From: Elusimicrobia bacterium GWA2_56_46
GTDB taxonomy: Bacteria > Elusimicrobiota > Elusimicrobia > Elusimicrobiales > UBA9959
Reading direction: 5' to 3'
DNA: 64,000 bases
NCBI GenBank assembly: GCA_001799575.1
Contig: MGTT01000018.1
Coordinates: 13,404 to 77,403, forward strand
Positions 1-11,066 of the stretch are shown here, in pieces (positions within the stretch are counted from its first letter, which is position 1; the number at the start of each line of letters is the position of its first letter). The position numbers and the translations under genes were made by a program. The notes below the pieces were generated by a model. It was not told where the DNA came from. It saw nothing but the letters and a program-made list of their open reading frames with translations, and searched no databases.

Positions 1-1012
1 GGCGGTCAGCAAGGCCGGCTATCGCTCCCGTATCCCACGGCCGCTCCAGAACGAACGCATTTTCACCGTCTTTAAAAAGTTCGCTCACCCCGGCGTATCG
101 TGTGGTGATCACAGCCAGGCCCATAGCCATCGCCTCAAGAACCGCCAGGCCGAAAGTGTCCATGGGCGTGGGGTTTATAAAAATATCTCCGGCGCTGTAA
201 AGATCCCGGATATCGCTCCATTCGTTTTCGCAGATAAGCCGCAGACCTAGTCCGGCGGCCAGGGCGGCGAACGGCTCCGCGCGGAACGGACCGGCCGCGA
301 TAAGAACGCTGTGCTTAGCGCAGCGGGCGGAGGCAAGCCCCTTTATGGCGAACTCAAGCCCTTTCCAGGAATCACCGATGTACACAAAAATCAGATCTCC
401 GGGGGACAGGGACAGCAGCGCGCGCGCCGCTGCGCGGCGGACATGGCGCTCAACCGGCGAAAAATAAGAGGGATCCACGCCGTGCCTGATCACCGACAAC
501 CGGTCCCGCCCCACCCCGTAAGCCGCCGAGATCTCCCCGGCGGAACGCTCGGAGGCGGCGACCACGCTTTTATAGCGGTAAGGCGCGAAGCGTTTTTTTT
601 CTATAAAAGCCCGGAGCGCCCTGTTCCTGGAACGCAGGCGCGGCCGATCCATAGTGAACGGCACGGAGGCCATCTTCTCCACTTCCACCGGCTGGGGATC
701 ATTATGCATGACGATCACGTCCTGCCAGACGGTGAGCAGATGGCTGACCACCAGGTCATGGCTCCCTTTCAGAAAAGGGAGCAGCGCCCCGAATGGTGAG
801 GCCCAGATGCGGTTGGAACCGCGCAGACAAGGGAAACGATGCAGAAAAATATTTTCAGGCAGTGCCCGCCTTTCCTCGCCCGAAAGCAGCAGCCGCGAAG
901 CGTACAGGTGCGTCTCATGCCCGCGCTTCGAAAACTCCCGCGCCAGGGAAAGCACTACACGCGAGATGCCGTTGTTCCTGGAAAGGGCCTGCAGGACCAA
1001 AGCAAGGTTCAT
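1..1012 (-). CDS. Glycosyltransferase family 4 (GT-B, group 1); C-terminus cut by window edge
   Basis: My own minus-strand translation from the ATG at 1012-1010 gives MNLALVLQALSRNNGISRVVLSLAREFSKRGHETHLY... and stays open to position 1. It includes DIFINPTPMDTFGLAVLEAMAMGLAVITT, a GT1 E-x7-E region. There is an ATGA overlap with the upstream deacetylase stop. It is absent from the ORF track because it runs off the window. Confidence 0.8.
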   Translation of the reverse strand, partial: MNLALVLQALSRNNGISRVVLSLAREFSKRGHETHLYASRLLLSGEERRALPENIFLHRFPCLRGSNRIWASPFGALLPFLKGSHDLVVSHLLTVWQDVIVMHNDPQPVEVEKMASVPFTMDRPRLRSRNRALRAFIEKKRFAPYRYKSVVAASERSAGEISAAYGVGRDRLSVIRHGVDPSYFSPVERHVRRAAARALLSLSPGDLIFVYIGDSWKGLEFAIKGLASARCAKHSVLIAAGPFRAEPFAALAAGLGLRLICENEWSDIRDLYSAGDIFINPTPMDTFGLAVLEAMAMGLAVITTRYAGVSELFKDGENAFVLERPWDTGAIAGLADR

Positions 1013-1731
1013 AAGAGAGAACGCTTCCCCGCCTGCCGCAGGCGCATCGCGAAATTTAAAAGCCCGCTCTTCCCGCTTACGATGCGCCGCGGAACGGAGA
1101 AAATGTCTCCGTCCCCCTCCTCCGTGGCGAAGCCTATTTTATAGCCGGCTTCGGCCAGGGCGCGCCGGGCGTCGGGCGTATAACCGCCATAAGGATAGGC
1201 GAACCAGGAAACTTCGGAACCGAGCTCCGCCTCAAGCTCCGCCTTGGAACGTAAGGCTTCTTCCGTCAGCGCAACCCCGTCCAGACCCCTGAAATCTCTG
1301 TGCGAAACCCCGTGGGAGCCTATTGTCCAGCCCTCGTCCCTGAGCGTCCTGAGCCCGGAGGGCGAAAGCAGGCGGTTCGGGGAATCGGCGGCTTCGCCGT
1401 CCCAGAACGCGCTCTTTCCGAAACCGGAAGAGACCATAAAAAGCGCGGCGGAAAAGCCATTGCTTTTCAGAACCGGCAAGGCGCGGGTAAGCACGCTTTC
1501 AAAGGCGTCGTCGAAAGTGATCAGGAACGGTTTTTTTGGAAGGCGAGCCGACAGACCGAGACGGGCCTTAAGATACTCCTCCGGGTCGGCGGTGCGGTAG
1601 CCCAGCAAAGCCATGAGTTTCATCTGATTCAGGAAATTTTCCGGCGTGACACAGGTATTGGAATTAACGTCGAAAGCCGATGGTTCGGCTATCTTATGGT
1701 AGACCAGCACCGGAATACGGGGATGGGGCAT
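1009..1731 (-). CDS. Polysaccharide deacetylase (NodB/CE4 family)
   Basis: 240 aa with NodB-type motifs LITFDDAF and GSHGVSHRDF. Translationally coupled to the downstream GT4 gene. Confidence 0.8.
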   Translation of the reverse strand: MPHPRIPVLVYHKIAEPSAFDVNSNTCVTPENFLNQMKLMALLGYRTADPEEYLKARLGLSARLPKKPFLITFDDAFESVLTRALPVLKSNGFSAALFMVSSGFGKSAFWDGEAADSPNRLLSPSGLRTLRDEGWTIGSHGVSHRDFRGLDGVALTEEALRSKAELEAELGSEVSWFAYPYGGYTPDARRALAEAGYKIGFATEEGDGDIFSVPRRIVSGKSGLLNFAMRLRQAGKRSLL

Positions 1732-1774
1732 TTGATTCCATTATCCTTTTTTTAAGCGGCGATTTCAATTTCAA

Positions 1775-1803
1775 TTGCAAAAAAACGTTCCTTTTGCTAA
1801 CAT
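1775..1803 (+). promoter_or_regulatory. Candidate sigma70 promoter of rplU, giving a very short or absent leader
   Basis: TTGCAA (1775-1780), 17 nt, TAACAT (1798-1803). The ATG is at 1813 with no SD in between. Confidence 0.3.
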
Positions 1804-1812
1804 ATATCTACT

Positions 1813-2124
1813 ATGTACGCAATAATCGAAACAGGCGGCAAACAATACTGGGTCGTTCCCGGCGAAATTCTGCAGGTTGAACGGCTTACGGCCAAAACGG
1901 GCGAAGAAGTGACTTTCAACGCTTTATGGACCGCGTCGCAGGAAGAAAAGAACGCGGCCCCCGGCAAATCCCCCTCGGCCAAAGTGACGGCCAAGGTAGT
2001 GAGACATCTCAGAGGCGAGAAGCTCATAATTTTCAGAAAGCGGCCCAAAAAGGCCTATGAAAAAAGTTCGGGCCACCGCCAGGAACTGACCGAGCTTCAG
2101 GTAAAAGACATTCAGTTGTCCTAA
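1813..2124 (+). CDS. rplU: 50S ribosomal protein L21
   Basis: Canonical N-terminus [14 protein letters not shown], 103 aa, followed directly by rpmA. Confidence 0.95.
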   Translation: MYAIIETGGKQYWVVPGEILQVERLTAKTGEEVTFNALWTASQEEKNAAPGKSPSAKVTAKVVRHLRGEKLIIFRKRPKKAYEKSSGHRQELTELQVKDIQLS

Positions 2125-2138
2125 GAGGTTTTAAAACT

Positions 2139-2402
2139 ATGGCAGGAACAAAATCACAGGGTTCATCCACTAACGGAAGGGACAGTCACGGCCAGCGTCT
2201 TGGCGTGAAACGCTACGGAAGTCAGAACGTAAAAGCCGGGGAAGTCCTGGTCAGGCAGCGCGGAACCAAATTCCTGGCCGGCCTCAACGTGGGAAAAGGC
2301 TCGGACGACACGCTGTTCTCAAAAGTGACGGGAGTAGTAAAATTTGAATGGGCGAAGCGCAATAAGAAACAGATCAGCGTTTATCCTCAGGTTTCCAAGT
2401 AA
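2139..2402 (+). CDS. rpmA: 50S ribosomal protein L27
   Basis: Contains [20 protein letters not shown]...VRQRGTKF, 87 aa. AAGAGG SD lies 10 nt upstream. Confidence 0.95.
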   Translation: MAGTKSQGSSTNGRDSHGQRLGVKRYGSQNVKAGEVLVRQRGTKFLAGLNVGKGSDDTLFSKVTGVVKFEWAKRNKKQISVYPQVSK

Positions 2403-2418
2403 CCTCCGGGCCGTCCAA

Positions 2419-2452
2419 ACCTCCCATAAACCGCTAAGTGGGAGGTTTTTTG
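2419..2452 (+). terminator. Intrinsic terminator/attenuator between rpmA and obg
   Basis: An 8-9 bp stem (ACCTCCCA at 2419-2426 with TGGGAGGT at 2439-2446), a 12-nt loop, then T6 at 2446-2451. Confidence 0.6.
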
Positions 2453-2501
2453 TTATCCGGGCGGAACATTTATTATGCTGAAACAGGGACGATCGGAAAG
2501 A

Positions 2502-3839
2502 ATGGATTTTATAGATACAGCAAAAGTCTACCTCCGCGCGGGGAAAGGCGGGGACGGCTGCGCCTCGTTCCGCAGGGAAAAATTCGTGCCTTACGGCGGC
2601 CCGAACGGCGGGAACGGCGGAAAAGGCGGCGATATTTATTTCGAGGCTTCCACGAATATCACCACTCTTTACGAGATCTCCAGGCATCCCCATATCAGGG
2701 CGGAGGAAGGCGGCCCCGGGCAGAGCAACAACATGAGCGGGCTTAAGGGCCCGGACATCGTTAATTATGTTCCCTGCGGCACCATCATAAAACTGGAAGG
2801 CCGCTTGGCGGCGGATCTCAAGAATCACGGCGACCGCTTTCTCGCGGCGCGCGGCGGGCGCGGCGGGCGCGGCAATATGTCTTTCAAGACCAAGTTTAAC
2901 ACCGCCCCCAGAATCTCGGAGAACGGCGAGCCAGGGCAGGAGTTCACCGCCGAGCTGGAACTGAGCGTCCTGGCGGACGTAGGGCTGGTGGGTTTCCCCA
3001 ACGCCGGCAAATCCACGCTGCTCGCCACCATCTCCGCGGCCAGGCCCAAAGTCGCGGCCTATCCTTTTACCACCCTCAGCCCGCATCTGGGCATCGTGTC
3101 GCATAAAGGCAAAACTTTCGCCGCGGCCGATATTCCCGGCCTTATAGAGGGCGCGCACGAAGGCAAGGGACTGGGCGACTTGTTCTTAAAACACGTCCTC
3201 CGGACAAAGATGCTGATCCACCTGGTGGATCCGGCCGGTTTCGGAAAATTAAAGCCCGCGGAATCCGTTACAGTGATCGCCAGGGAACTTAAAACCTACC
3301 ATCCGGAACTGGCCAGGAAGCAGCGCATCCTCGTTGTCAGCAAAGCCGATCTGCCCGAAGCGAAGAAAGTCCACGCCGCGCTCGTCAAAAGATACAAGAA
3401 ACACCCGGTATTCCTGATCTCCGCGGCCACCGGTTTCGGGGTTACGGGTTTGCTCGACTATCTCATCTCTCTACTGCCCGGAATAAAGGCGCCGGAGATC
3501 TATAAACCGGAACCTGACGGCGACGTCAACGCCCTGCACAAGCCTGTAAAAGAGGGTTTCAAGATCGGCGAGGGCCCGGACGGACTGATGGAAGCGAACA
3601 GCGAAGCGCTGAATACTATTATCGCCATGACCAATTTCAGCCAGCCCGATTCGATCAACCGTCTCAGGCGGATCTTCAAACTTATAGGGTTGGACAAAGC
3701 TCTGAAGAAAGCGGGTGTGGTTCCGGGCGACCAGGTGAGGATAGCCGGCAGAGAGTTCGAATGGTCCGAGCACCAGGTCACCCCCCCCCACAAGCGCTCC
3801 AAGTTCGCCTACAAATACCAGACCAAAACCGGCTTCTGA
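2502..3839 (+). CDS. obg: GTPase Obg/CgtA with C-terminal OCT-like extension
   Basis: Family-typical start MDFIDTAKVYLRAGKGGDGCASFRREKF, so the internal ATG at 2502 is preferred over 2475. Gly-rich Obg fold, G1 motif GFPNAGKST, and DIPGLIEGA. Confidence 0.9.
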   Translation: MDFIDTAKVYLRAGKGGDGCASFRREKFVPYGGPNGGNGGKGGDIYFEASTNITTLYEISRHPHIRAEEGGPGQSNNMSGLKGPDIVNYVPCGTIIKLEGRLAADLKNHGDRFLAARGGRGGRGNMSFKTKFNTAPRISENGEPGQEFTAELELSVLADVGLVGFPNAGKSTLLATISAARPKVAAYPFTTLSPHLGIVSHKGKTFAAADIPGLIEGAHEGKGLGDLFLKHVLRTKMLIHLVDPAGFGKLKPAESVTVIARELKTYHPELARKQRILVVSKADLPEAKKVHAALVKRYKKHPVFLISAATGFGVTGLLDYLISLLPGIKAPEIYKPEPDGDVNALHKPVKEGFKIGEGPDGLMEANSEALNTIIAMTNFSQPDSINRLRRIFKLIGLDKALKKAGVVPGDQVRIAGREFEWSEHQVTPPHKRSKFAYKYQTKTGF

Positions 3840-3920
3840 TCCGAAAGAGGAACCGCCGGATCAGCGGGCTTTGACTAGCACCCCGCAGAAACCTATTCAG
3901 CCGGTCGTAAAAATTAATTT

Positions 3921-4496
3921 ATGGAAATATTAAAAATCGAAGATATTTTCGGAGACCTGCCGGAACTTGAAACCCCGCGTCTGATACTGAGGAAATTGAA
4001 AGCGGAGGACGCGGAGGATATGTTTGAGTACGCCTCGGATCCTGAGGTGGCCAGGGATGTTACTTGGCCGCCGCATAAACACATAGATGATTCCGTGGCG
4101 TTTTTAAATTCCGTTCTCCAAAAATACTCAAAAAAAGAAGTCGAGGGGTGGGGCGTGGCCTTGAAAGAAAGCGGGAAACTTATCGGCACCTGCGGCTTTG
4201 TCTGGTGGAAGCCGGAACATGCAAAAGCTGAAATAGGCTATGCTCTCTCCCGCAAATACTGGGGCCGCGGCCTGATGACCGAGGCCGTGACCGCGGTTAT
4301 GGATTTTGGGTTCGACAAAATGAAACTGAATCGACTGGAGGCCCGTTGCACAGCCGCCAACATCGGCTCGGAAAAAGTAATGCGCAAGAACGGCATGAAA
4401 TACGAGGGGATATTGCGCGACGTCCTTTACGTGAAAGGCGCCTTTATGACCCTGAAATCATACTCCATACTAAGATCCGAATTCCATCCCGCCTAA
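3921..4496 (+). CDS. GNAT family N-acetyltransferase (RimJ/RimL-like)
   Basis: 191 aa with RLILRKL...IGYALSRKYWGRGLMTEA...NIGSEKVMRKNGM, a typical acetyl-CoA binding core. Confidence 0.8.
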   Translation: MEILKIEDIFGDLPELETPRLILRKLKAEDAEDMFEYASDPEVARDVTWPPHKHIDDSVAFLNSVLQKYSKKEVEGWGVALKESGKLIGTCGFVWWKPEHAKAEIGYALSRKYWGRGLMTEAVTAVMDFGFDKMKLNRLEARCTAANIGSEKVMRKNGMKYEGILRDVLYVKGAFMTLKSYSILRSEFHPA

Positions 4497-5560
4497 GGGA
4501 GATGGTCCCCCGATATCTGCACTATCAGGGTTTCTCTTCTGAAGCGGTAGCCGCGGGCGAAGGCGGTGTTGCTCAGGAGCAGCGAGGGGGTGGAGGCTAT
4601 GGTGGAATAGATCCTGAACCTTTTTATTTTCGGTTTAGCCGACGGTTCCAGCAAATTGGCCTTGGCTATCTCCTGCAGCGTGTCCATAGCCCAGTAGACG
4701 GGCCAGATAAAAGCGGCCCGCAGGGCCGGCTCGGTCTTGGGAATAGAAGCGAGGAAACCCTCGCTCAGATCCAGTTGATCCACCGCCCAGGAAATCCACT
4801 TGTAAACCACCGGGCGAAGACGCGCCATATTTCCCGGCTCAAGCAGATCTCCCGGTTTCAGGGCGACACCATCCAGCTCGGACTGCGGCAGGTAACAGCG
4901 GCCGATGCGCAGATCCGCCGACATATCCTTCAGTATGTTTGTTATCTGCAGGGCCGAGCCTATGAGCGCGGCATCCGCTTCCGAGGGCAATTGCCCGAGA
5001 TTAATATTGCAGCGGCGGATATGCTCCCGGTAAAGACGCGCCCAGAAAACGCCGGGTTCTCCTCCGATCAGGGCGCAGTATTTTTTGAGGTCGTCTTCGG
5101 TCCCGAACGCGGCCGCGGCCGGCGCGGCGCCCGACGGCTGAAAGGCGTCCAGATCCATTTCCATTCCCCCGGCCACGCCGTTCACCAGCGCTTTAAGCTG
5201 GGCCAGCTCCCGCTCCGGCAAGGCCGCGTAAAAAGCGGCGATCTTTTCAAATTTTGAAAGCAGCGTCTTTTCTTTCTTGTCGGGTACGCTCCGCGCGGCC
5301 CGTTCTATCAACTCCGCCAGCCGCCCGGCGTTGGTTTTGTCCTCCAGGCCCCTGAAAAGCCCCAGAATTTCCCGCTTCGCGGCGGCGTCTATACCCGGAC
5401 AGTCCGCTACGGTGTCCATGGCGCGGGCGACAAGGTAGCCCAGGGCCAGGGAAGTCCTTAAAGGTTCCGGCAGGATATTAACGCTGAGATAAAGTGTTCT
5501 TGAAACCGCTTTCAGAATATTTTTCAGATCCCCGTAAAAACCGGTTTGGACATTTTTCAT
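4493..5560 (-). CDS. Squalene/phytoene synthase family protein
   Basis: 355 aa with SRTLYLSVNILP...YLVARAMDTVAD and NILKDMSADL, two DxxxD-type Asp-rich motifs. Its stop overlaps the convergent GNAT stop. Confidence 0.7.
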   Translation of the reverse strand: MKNVQTGFYGDLKNILKAVSRTLYLSVNILPEPLRTSLALGYLVARAMDTVADCPGIDAAAKREILGLFRGLEDKTNAGRLAELIERAARSVPDKKEKTLLSKFEKIAAFYAALPERELAQLKALVNGVAGGMEMDLDAFQPSGAAPAAAAFGTEDDLKKYCALIGGEPGVFWARLYREHIRRCNINLGQLPSEADAALIGSALQITNILKDMSADLRIGRCYLPQSELDGVALKPGDLLEPGNMARLRPVVYKWISWAVDQLDLSEGFLASIPKTEPALRAAFIWPVYWAMDTLQEIAKANLLEPSAKPKIKRFRIYSTIASTPSLLLSNTAFARGYRFRRETLIVQISGDHLP

Positions 5561-5569
5561 AAATAGATC

Positions 5570-6700
5570 TTATCGGCCGCCACCCCCGTCCCTTCCGGGA
5601 ATTATCTTGCCCAGGACGCGGGGGCCGCGCGCGCCGGTGGCGGACGGGCAGTGGTTCCTCTTTCCGCCAAGCGCCAGCCAGGCAAGCAGCGCGAAGCAGG
5701 CGGGCTCCTTGGCCAGCGGGTCTATACCCAGTTCCGCGATGCTTTTTACTTCGATGCCGGGAAGAACCGAGGCAAGATTGCGCATCAGAACCGGATTCAG
5801 CGCCCCCCCGCCGCTGACTATCAGCTCGCGCGTCCCCCGGGGGGCGAATTTTTTGAAAGCCAGGGCGATGGACGCGGCCGTAAAATAATTCAGGGTGGCC
5901 AGGAGATCGTATTTATTTTTACGATCCGGCCGGCCGAAATGTTTTTTAATGAAACCCGCGGAAAACTCGCTGCGATCCAGCGACTTCGGCGGTTTCGACG
6001 AGAAGAACGGGAGTTTCAGCAGCTTCGACACTTTCTCCCGGTCGGCCCTGCCAGCGGCGGCCCAGCGCCCCTCCGCGTCATAATTCTTTTTTCCCCCGCT
6101 CAGTATGACGGCCGCCGTATCCATCAGCGCGTTCCCCGGCCCCGTGTCGAAACCGGAAGTCCTGATCCCCTTTCCGACAAAAGAGATATTTCCCACGCCG
6201 CCGATATTCTGCAGGGCCGCCGGCCGTCCGCCGCCGAACAGATATTCGTCCATAAAAGGAATGAGCGGCGCGCCTTCCCCGCCGGCCGCCATATCCGCCG
6301 GCCTGAAATCCGAGACCACGGGCCGCCCCGTTTCCTCGGAAATGAATGACGCTTCGCCTATCTGCAGGGTGCTGCCGCCCCTGCCCGGCTGATGAAAAAC
6401 GGTCTGGCCGTGGGATCCTATTACCGATATGTCTTTACAGGAGAGCCCGTGTTCCCGGCAGAAACGCTTTACCAGGCCGGCCCAGATACGGCCCAGTTCG
6501 AAATCAAGGGCGGAAAGTTCCGGGGCCTTCATGTCCATGGCGGAAAGTATGCGCCTTTGCAGTCCGGCGCCGTAGGGATAGGTTTTGTGCGCCAGAACTT
6601 TGAGAGGTTTCCCGCACCGCGCGACGGAACACAGCGCTATTGAGAGCCCGTCGGCCGAAGTCCCCGACATCAACCCGAGAATTTTTATAATTTTCTTCAT
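5570..6700 (-). CDS. anmK: Anhydro-N-acetylmuramic acid kinase
   Basis: N-terminus ILGLMSGTSADGLSIAL, 376 aa, with the AnmK/ASKHA pattern. Confidence 0.88.
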   Translation of the reverse strand: MKKIIKILGLMSGTSADGLSIALCSVARCGKPLKVLAHKTYPYGAGLQRRILSAMDMKAPELSALDFELGRIWAGLVKRFCREHGLSCKDISVIGSHGQTVFHQPGRGGSTLQIGEASFISEETGRPVVSDFRPADMAAGGEGAPLIPFMDEYLFGGGRPAALQNIGGVGNISFVGKGIRTSGFDTGPGNALMDTAAVILSGGKKNYDAEGRWAAAGRADREKVSKLLKLPFFSSKPPKSLDRSEFSAGFIKKHFGRPDRKNKYDLLATLNYFTAASIALAFKKFAPRGTRELIVSGGGALNPVLMRNLASVLPGIEVKSIAELGIDPLAKEPACFALLAWLALGGKRNHCPSATGARGPRVLGKIIPGRDGGGGR

Positions 6701-6713
6701 AGTACAGCGATAT

Positions 6714-6748
6714 GAGCTTATGGCCTAAAGCTTATGGCTTATGGCGGG
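6714..6748. repeat. Heptamer-periodic array R1
   Basis: GAGCTTA TGGCCTA AAGCTTA TGGCTTA TGGCGGG. Spans the anmK-cysK spacer and the last codons of cysK (AISHKL*). Confidence 0.7.
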
Positions 6749-7678
6749 CGCGGCGCCATCTTCAAACAGCCAGGTGCTCAGGTAACGCTCGCCGGTATCG
6801 GGCAGAATGACCACTACGGTCTTCCCGGCGGCCTCCGGCCTGGCGGCCACAAGGGCGGCGGCATGCATGGCCGCTCCGCCGGAGATGCCGGTACAGAGGC
6901 CCTCTTCGGTCATAAGACGCCTGGCCATGAGGCCCGCCTCGTCGTCCCTGACCCTGATAATTTCGTCTATGCTCTCTGTTTTGAGCACGGCCGGAACAAA
7001 ACCCGCGCCTATGCCCTGTATTTTATGCGGCCCGGCCGGGGATCCGGAAAGCACCGAAGAGGTGTACGGTTCCACGGCTATTATTTTTACGCCGGGCCTG
7101 CGCTCTTTAAGGACCTCCGAAACGCCGGTGATGGTTCCGCCGGTGCCGACCCCGGCCACAAAATAGTCCACTTTTCCGCCGGTGTCTTTCCAGATCTCCT
7201 CGGCGGTGGTCTTACGGTGGCTCTCCGGGTTGGCCGGATTTTCGAACTGCTGCGGCATGAAAGCGCCGGGATTCGCGGCCAGAAGTTCTCCGGCTTTGAT
7301 TAAGGCGCCTTTCATTCCCTCCGCGCCCGGAGTCAGAACCAGTTCTGCCCCCAGCGCTTTTAAGATCTTGCGCCGCTCGACGCTCATGGTTTCCGGCATG
7401 GTCAGCATAAGCCGGTAGCCCCGCACCGCGCAGACGAAAGCAAGCCCTATGCCGGTATTACCGCTGGTCGGCTCTATTATCAGGCTCCTTTCCTTTATAA
7501 GTCCCCTCGCGCGGGCGTCTTCCAGCATGGCGAGGGCTATGCGATCCTTGACGCTGGACATCGGGTTGAAAGATTCAAGCTTGGCCAGCACCAGGGCCCG
7601 GCCGGCGGCCGTCACGCGGTTGATCCTGACCAGCGGCGTGCCGCCTATAAGTTCCGTGACGTCGTTGGCGTATTTCAT
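6725..7678 (-). CDS. cysK: Cysteine synthase A (O-acetylserine sulfhydrylase)
   Basis: Contains [12 protein letters not shown]...[14 protein letters not shown]...[10 protein letters not shown]. The start at 7678 gives an ATGA overlap with the cysE stop. The longer ORF start at 7741 would overlap cysE by 67 nt. Confidence 0.92.
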   Translation of the reverse strand: MKYANDVTELIGGTPLVRINRVTAAGRALVLAKLESFNPMSSVKDRIALAMLEDARARGLIKERSLIIEPTSGNTGIGLAFVCAVRGYRLMLTMPETMSVERRKILKALGAELVLTPGAEGMKGALIKAGELLAANPGAFMPQQFENPANPESHRKTTAEEIWKDTGGKVDYFVAGVGTGGTITGVSEVLKERRPGVKIIAVEPYTSSVLSGSPAGPHKIQGIGAGFVPAVLKTESIDEIIRVRDDEAGLMARRLMTEEGLCTGISGGAAMHAAALVAARPEAAGKTVVVILPDTGERYLSTWLFEDGAAPAISHKL

Positions 7679-8292
7679 GGCTTCAACCTTTTCTTCAACT
7701 CCTCCACTTCGGCGCGCAGGACTTTTATTTCCTCTCCGCAAACGTCAAAAAGTTTATTATGATCAAGCTGGGTGGTCTCCCCGGCGCCGCCCTCCCTGGG
7801 TTTGGCCGGGACGCCGAAAACCGTGGTATTCGGCGGGACATCCTTCAGCACCACCGAACCGGCGCCTATGCGCGCGTGCTCGCCTATGACAATGGCGCCC
7901 AGCACGATAGCGCCGGCCCCTATCACGGAACCGCTGCCGATGGTGGGGTGTCTTTTCTTTTTCTCAAGGCTGGTGCCGCCCAGCACCACGCCCTGGTACA
8001 TGAGCACATCGTCGCCTATCTCGGACGTCTCGCCGATCACAACGCCCATACCGTGGTCGATAAAGAACCGCCGCCCGATGACCGCGCCTGGGTGGATCTC
8101 TATGCCGGTCAGCGCCCGCCCCGCCTGTGAAAGAAGCCGCGCCGGCAGGCGCAGGCCAAGAGTCCACAACCGGTGGGAAACGCGGTGCAGCCAGACGGCG
8201 TGCAGGCCGGGATAACAGGTGAGCACTTCCGTGAAACTCCGCGCCGCGGGATCTTTCAGGAACACGTTCTTTATATCTTCCAGGATATGCAT
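7675..8292 (-). CDS. cysE: Serine O-acetyltransferase
   Basis: Hexapeptide-repeat core [44 protein letters not shown], 205 aa, upstream of cysK. Confidence 0.9.
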   Translation of the reverse strand: MHILEDIKNVFLKDPAARSFTEVLTCYPGLHAVWLHRVSHRLWTLGLRLPARLLSQAGRALTGIEIHPGAVIGRRFFIDHGMGVVIGETSEIGDDVLMYQGVVLGGTSLEKKKRHPTIGSGSVIGAGAIVLGAIVIGEHARIGAGSVVLKDVPPNTTVFGVPAKPREGGAGETTQLDHNKLFDVCGEEIKVLRAEVEELKKRLKP

Positions 8293-8364
8293 CCGCTAAA
8301 TTATATGATTTTTTTTATGTATAATTGCCCTATCACTATCACAACCTGAACGAGGTGGCATATT

Positions 8365-9309
8365 ATGAACAAGAAAGATTTTTTGAGGGTGGCCGACTAC
8401 ACCAGGGACGAAATAAAAGAGATCTTCGAGCTTACCGGCAGAATAAAAGCGCGCCAGAAAAAAGGCGACCCCGCCAGGCCGCTGGAAGGGCGCACCCTCG
8501 GCATGATCTTCCAGAAATCCTCCACGCGGACCCGCGTCTCTTTCGAAGTCGGCATGTATCAGCTGGGCGGATATCCGCTGTTCCTGAGCGCCAACGACCT
8601 CCAACTCAAGCGCGGCGAGACGATAGCCGACACCGCGCGCGTCCTCTCGCGCATGCTGGACGCCATCATGATCCGCACCTACGCCCACAGCGAGGTGGAG
8701 GAACTGGCCCGGCACGCGAGCGTGCCGGTGATCAACGGCCTTACCGATTCCCACCACCCCTGCCAGATCATGGCCGATATCTACACCGTCATGGAACATA
8801 AGAAAAACGTGAAAGGCCTGACCGTGGCCTGGGTCGGAGACGGCAACAACGTCCTCCACTCCTGGATAGAGGGCGCCCCGCTCACCGGCATGAATCTCAG
8901 AATGGCCGTCCCGCCCGGCTATGAACCGGACAAGGAAATCCTGCAATTCGGCGTGGATCTGGCCAGGAAAGAGAACACGCAGATGCTGCTGACCAACGAC
9001 CCGGTGGAAGCCGTTAAGGGCGCGGACGTCATTTATACGGATGTCTGGGTGAGCATGGGGCAGGACGCCGAGAAAGAGAAGAAGCTCCGCGATTTCAAGG
9101 GTTTCCAGATAAACGCCGGCCTTATGAAGCACGCCGCCGAAGATTACCTCTTCATGCACTGCCTGCCGGCGCACCGCGGGGAAGAGGTTTCCGCGGAGAT
9201 CATAGACGGGGAGCACTCCATCGTGTTCGACGAGGCGGAGAACCGCATGCACGTGCAGAAAGCCATACTGGCCGCGCATATGCTCAGGGGAAAAACCGTA
9301 AAAATATAG
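8365..9309 (+). CDS. argF: Ornithine carbamoyltransferase
   Basis: STRTR, HPCQ, DVWVSMG and HCLPAHRGEE motifs, 314 aa. GAGGTGG SD. Confidence 0.9.
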   Translation: MNKKDFLRVADYTRDEIKEIFELTGRIKARQKKGDPARPLEGRTLGMIFQKSSTRTRVSFEVGMYQLGGYPLFLSANDLQLKRGETIADTARVLSRMLDAIMIRTYAHSEVEELARHASVPVINGLTDSHHPCQIMADIYTVMEHKKNVKGLTVAWVGDGNNVLHSWIEGAPLTGMNLRMAVPPGYEPDKEILQFGVDLARKENTQMLLTNDPVEAVKGADVIYTDVWVSMGQDAEKEKKLRDFKGFQINAGLMKHAAEDYLFMHCLPAHRGEEVSAEIIDGEHSIVFDEAENRMHVQKAILAAHMLRGKTVKI

Positions 9310-9316
9310 CGCAAGT

Positions 9317-10951
9317 ATGCAACTCCCGCCGGATACTTTCAAGGCAGTGTTCGATTCTCTGGAGCAGTCCGAAGAGACTTTCTTCATCACGGATCTTGAC
9401 GGAGTCATCGTCTACGCCAATCCCGCCTTTGAGCGCCTCACCGGCTACGCGGTAAAAGAGGTCGAGGGCAAAAACGCCAAAATCCTCAAGAGCGGCGAGC
9501 ATCCCGCGGAACTCTACGCGGAAATGTGGACTACCATTAAAAACGGAAGCCCCTGGAAAGGCCGCCTCCTGAATAAAAGGAAGGACGGCTCTCTCTATAC
9601 GGAAGAACTCCACATCTGCCCCGTCAAAGACGGCGGCGTCATCAAACATTTCTTGGCGATACTCCGCGATATCACCGAGCAGCTGCGCGCGGAAAGAGAA
9701 ATCCGTCTGCTGCAGGCGGTCACGCAGAAAATAGCCGAAGCCGCGGACCTCAAATCAGCGCTGGTCTTTGTCCTGCAGCAGATCTGCGAGACCACCGGCT
9801 GGATCCTGGGCGAAGCGTATCTCCTTTCCCCGGACAGGAAGCAGCTTGAATTCTTCGCCGCGTGGACCGCGGAACCGGAAAAGCTTAAACCGTTCCTGGA
9901 AGTGAGCCTGAAAACCGTTTTCCCCCCCGGCATCGGGCTTCCGGGACGGGTCTGGGCCTCCGGAAAGGCGGATTGGATCCCGGATGTGACCAAGGACGCC
10001 AACTTCCCACGCGCGGCGATCGCCGTACAAGCAGGGTTGAAAGGAGGCATGGGTATTCCCGTGTTCGCCGGGACGGAATTAGTCCTGGTAATGGATTTTT
10101 TTACGCATAAGCCGCGCGAACGGCAGGATGAACATCAGGTCGCGCTTGTCTCCACAATTTCCAGCCAGCTCGGGGGCATGTTTCTGCGGAAAAAGGCCGA
10201 GGAAGAAAGCGCAAAGATACGCGAACAGCTGCTCCAGTCGCAGAAGATGGAGGCTTTGGGGCTCCTGGCGGGGCAGCTCTCGCACGACTTCAACAACCTG
10301 CTGACCATAATTATAGGTTCCATGGAACTGATCATGGAGGACATAGACAAGAAAAGCGTCACCATGAAACTCGCCCAGGGAATACTCCAGGCGTCTAAAG
10401 AGTCGGCCAATCTCATACGGCAGCTCCTTATCTTCGCCCGCCGCCAGGAATACGTCGCCAAAGTAGTGAATCTGAACGACGTTGTAACCGAAACAGGGAT
10501 ACTGCTGGACCGGCTGATCGGAACGAGTATCAAGATAGCCTACGACCTGCACCCGGATCTCTCGGAAGTCACGATGGAACCTGAACAGTTCAAGCAGGCC
10601 CTGATAAATCTGGTCATAAACGCCAAAGACGCCATGCCCTCCGGCGGCGCCATAACGATACGGACTTTCAACCAGTCGGCGTCCGCGGATCCCTCCTCCA
10701 CATTAAAAACCGGGGATTACGCCGTGGTGGAAGTCTCGGACACCGGCCCGGGCATCCCCCCGCAGATCCTGCAGCACATCTTTGAGCCGTTCTTCACCAC
10801 CAAGCCTAAAGGCAAAGGCACCGGCCTCGGCCTCTCTATGGTCTACGGAGTGGTGACGCAGTACAAAGGCGAGGTTCTTGTAAATTCCAGGCCCGGGCAT
10901 GGAACCGTCTTCACGATACGCCTCCCCAAAGCCGAATGCTTCAAGTGTTAA
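9317..10951 (+). CDS. Cytoplasmic PAS-GAF sensor histidine kinase (no adjacent response regulator)
   Basis: PAS ([21 protein letters not shown]), a GAF-like middle region, H-box [10 protein letters not shown], and HATPase G-boxes DTGPGI and GTGLGLS. I saw no TM segment. Confidence 0.85.
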   Translation: MQLPPDTFKAVFDSLEQSEETFFITDLDGVIVYANPAFERLTGYAVKEVEGKNAKILKSGEHPAELYAEMWTTIKNGSPWKGRLLNKRKDGSLYTEELHICPVKDGGVIKHFLAILRDITEQLRAEREIRLLQAVTQKIAEAADLKSALVFVLQQICETTGWILGEAYLLSPDRKQLEFFAAWTAEPEKLKPFLEVSLKTVFPPGIGLPGRVWASGKADWIPDVTKDANFPRAAIAVQAGLKGGMGIPVFAGTELVLVMDFFTHKPRERQDEHQVALVSTISSQLGGMFLRKKAEEESAKIREQLLQSQKMEALGLLAGQLSHDFNNLLTIIIGSMELIMEDIDKKSVTMKLAQGILQASKESANLIRQLLIFARRQEYVAKVVNLNDVVTETGILLDRLIGTSIKIAYDLHPDLSEVTMEPEQFKQALINLVINAKDAMPSGGAITIRTFNQSASADPSSTLKTGDYAVVEVSDTGPGIPPQILQHIFEPFFTTKPKGKGTGLGLSMVYGVVTQYKGEVLVNSRPGHGTVFTIRLPKAECFKC

Positions 10952-10970
10952 CCTCCCGTCCATTTACCCC

Positions 10971-10999
10971 TTGACAGTTTTTTATTATATTGGTATAGT
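10971..10999 (+). promoter_or_regulatory. Candidate sigma70 promoter of the Rrf2-hcp stress operon
   Basis: TTGACA (10971-10976), 17 nt, TATAGT (10994-10999), located 68 nt upstream of the Rrf2 ATG. Confidence 0.45.
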
Positions 11000-11066
11000 A
11001 GTACCACAATACTTCTGCAAGCCTTGCGCCGGAGGCCGGACCGGCGCCTTTTCCGGAGGACACTCT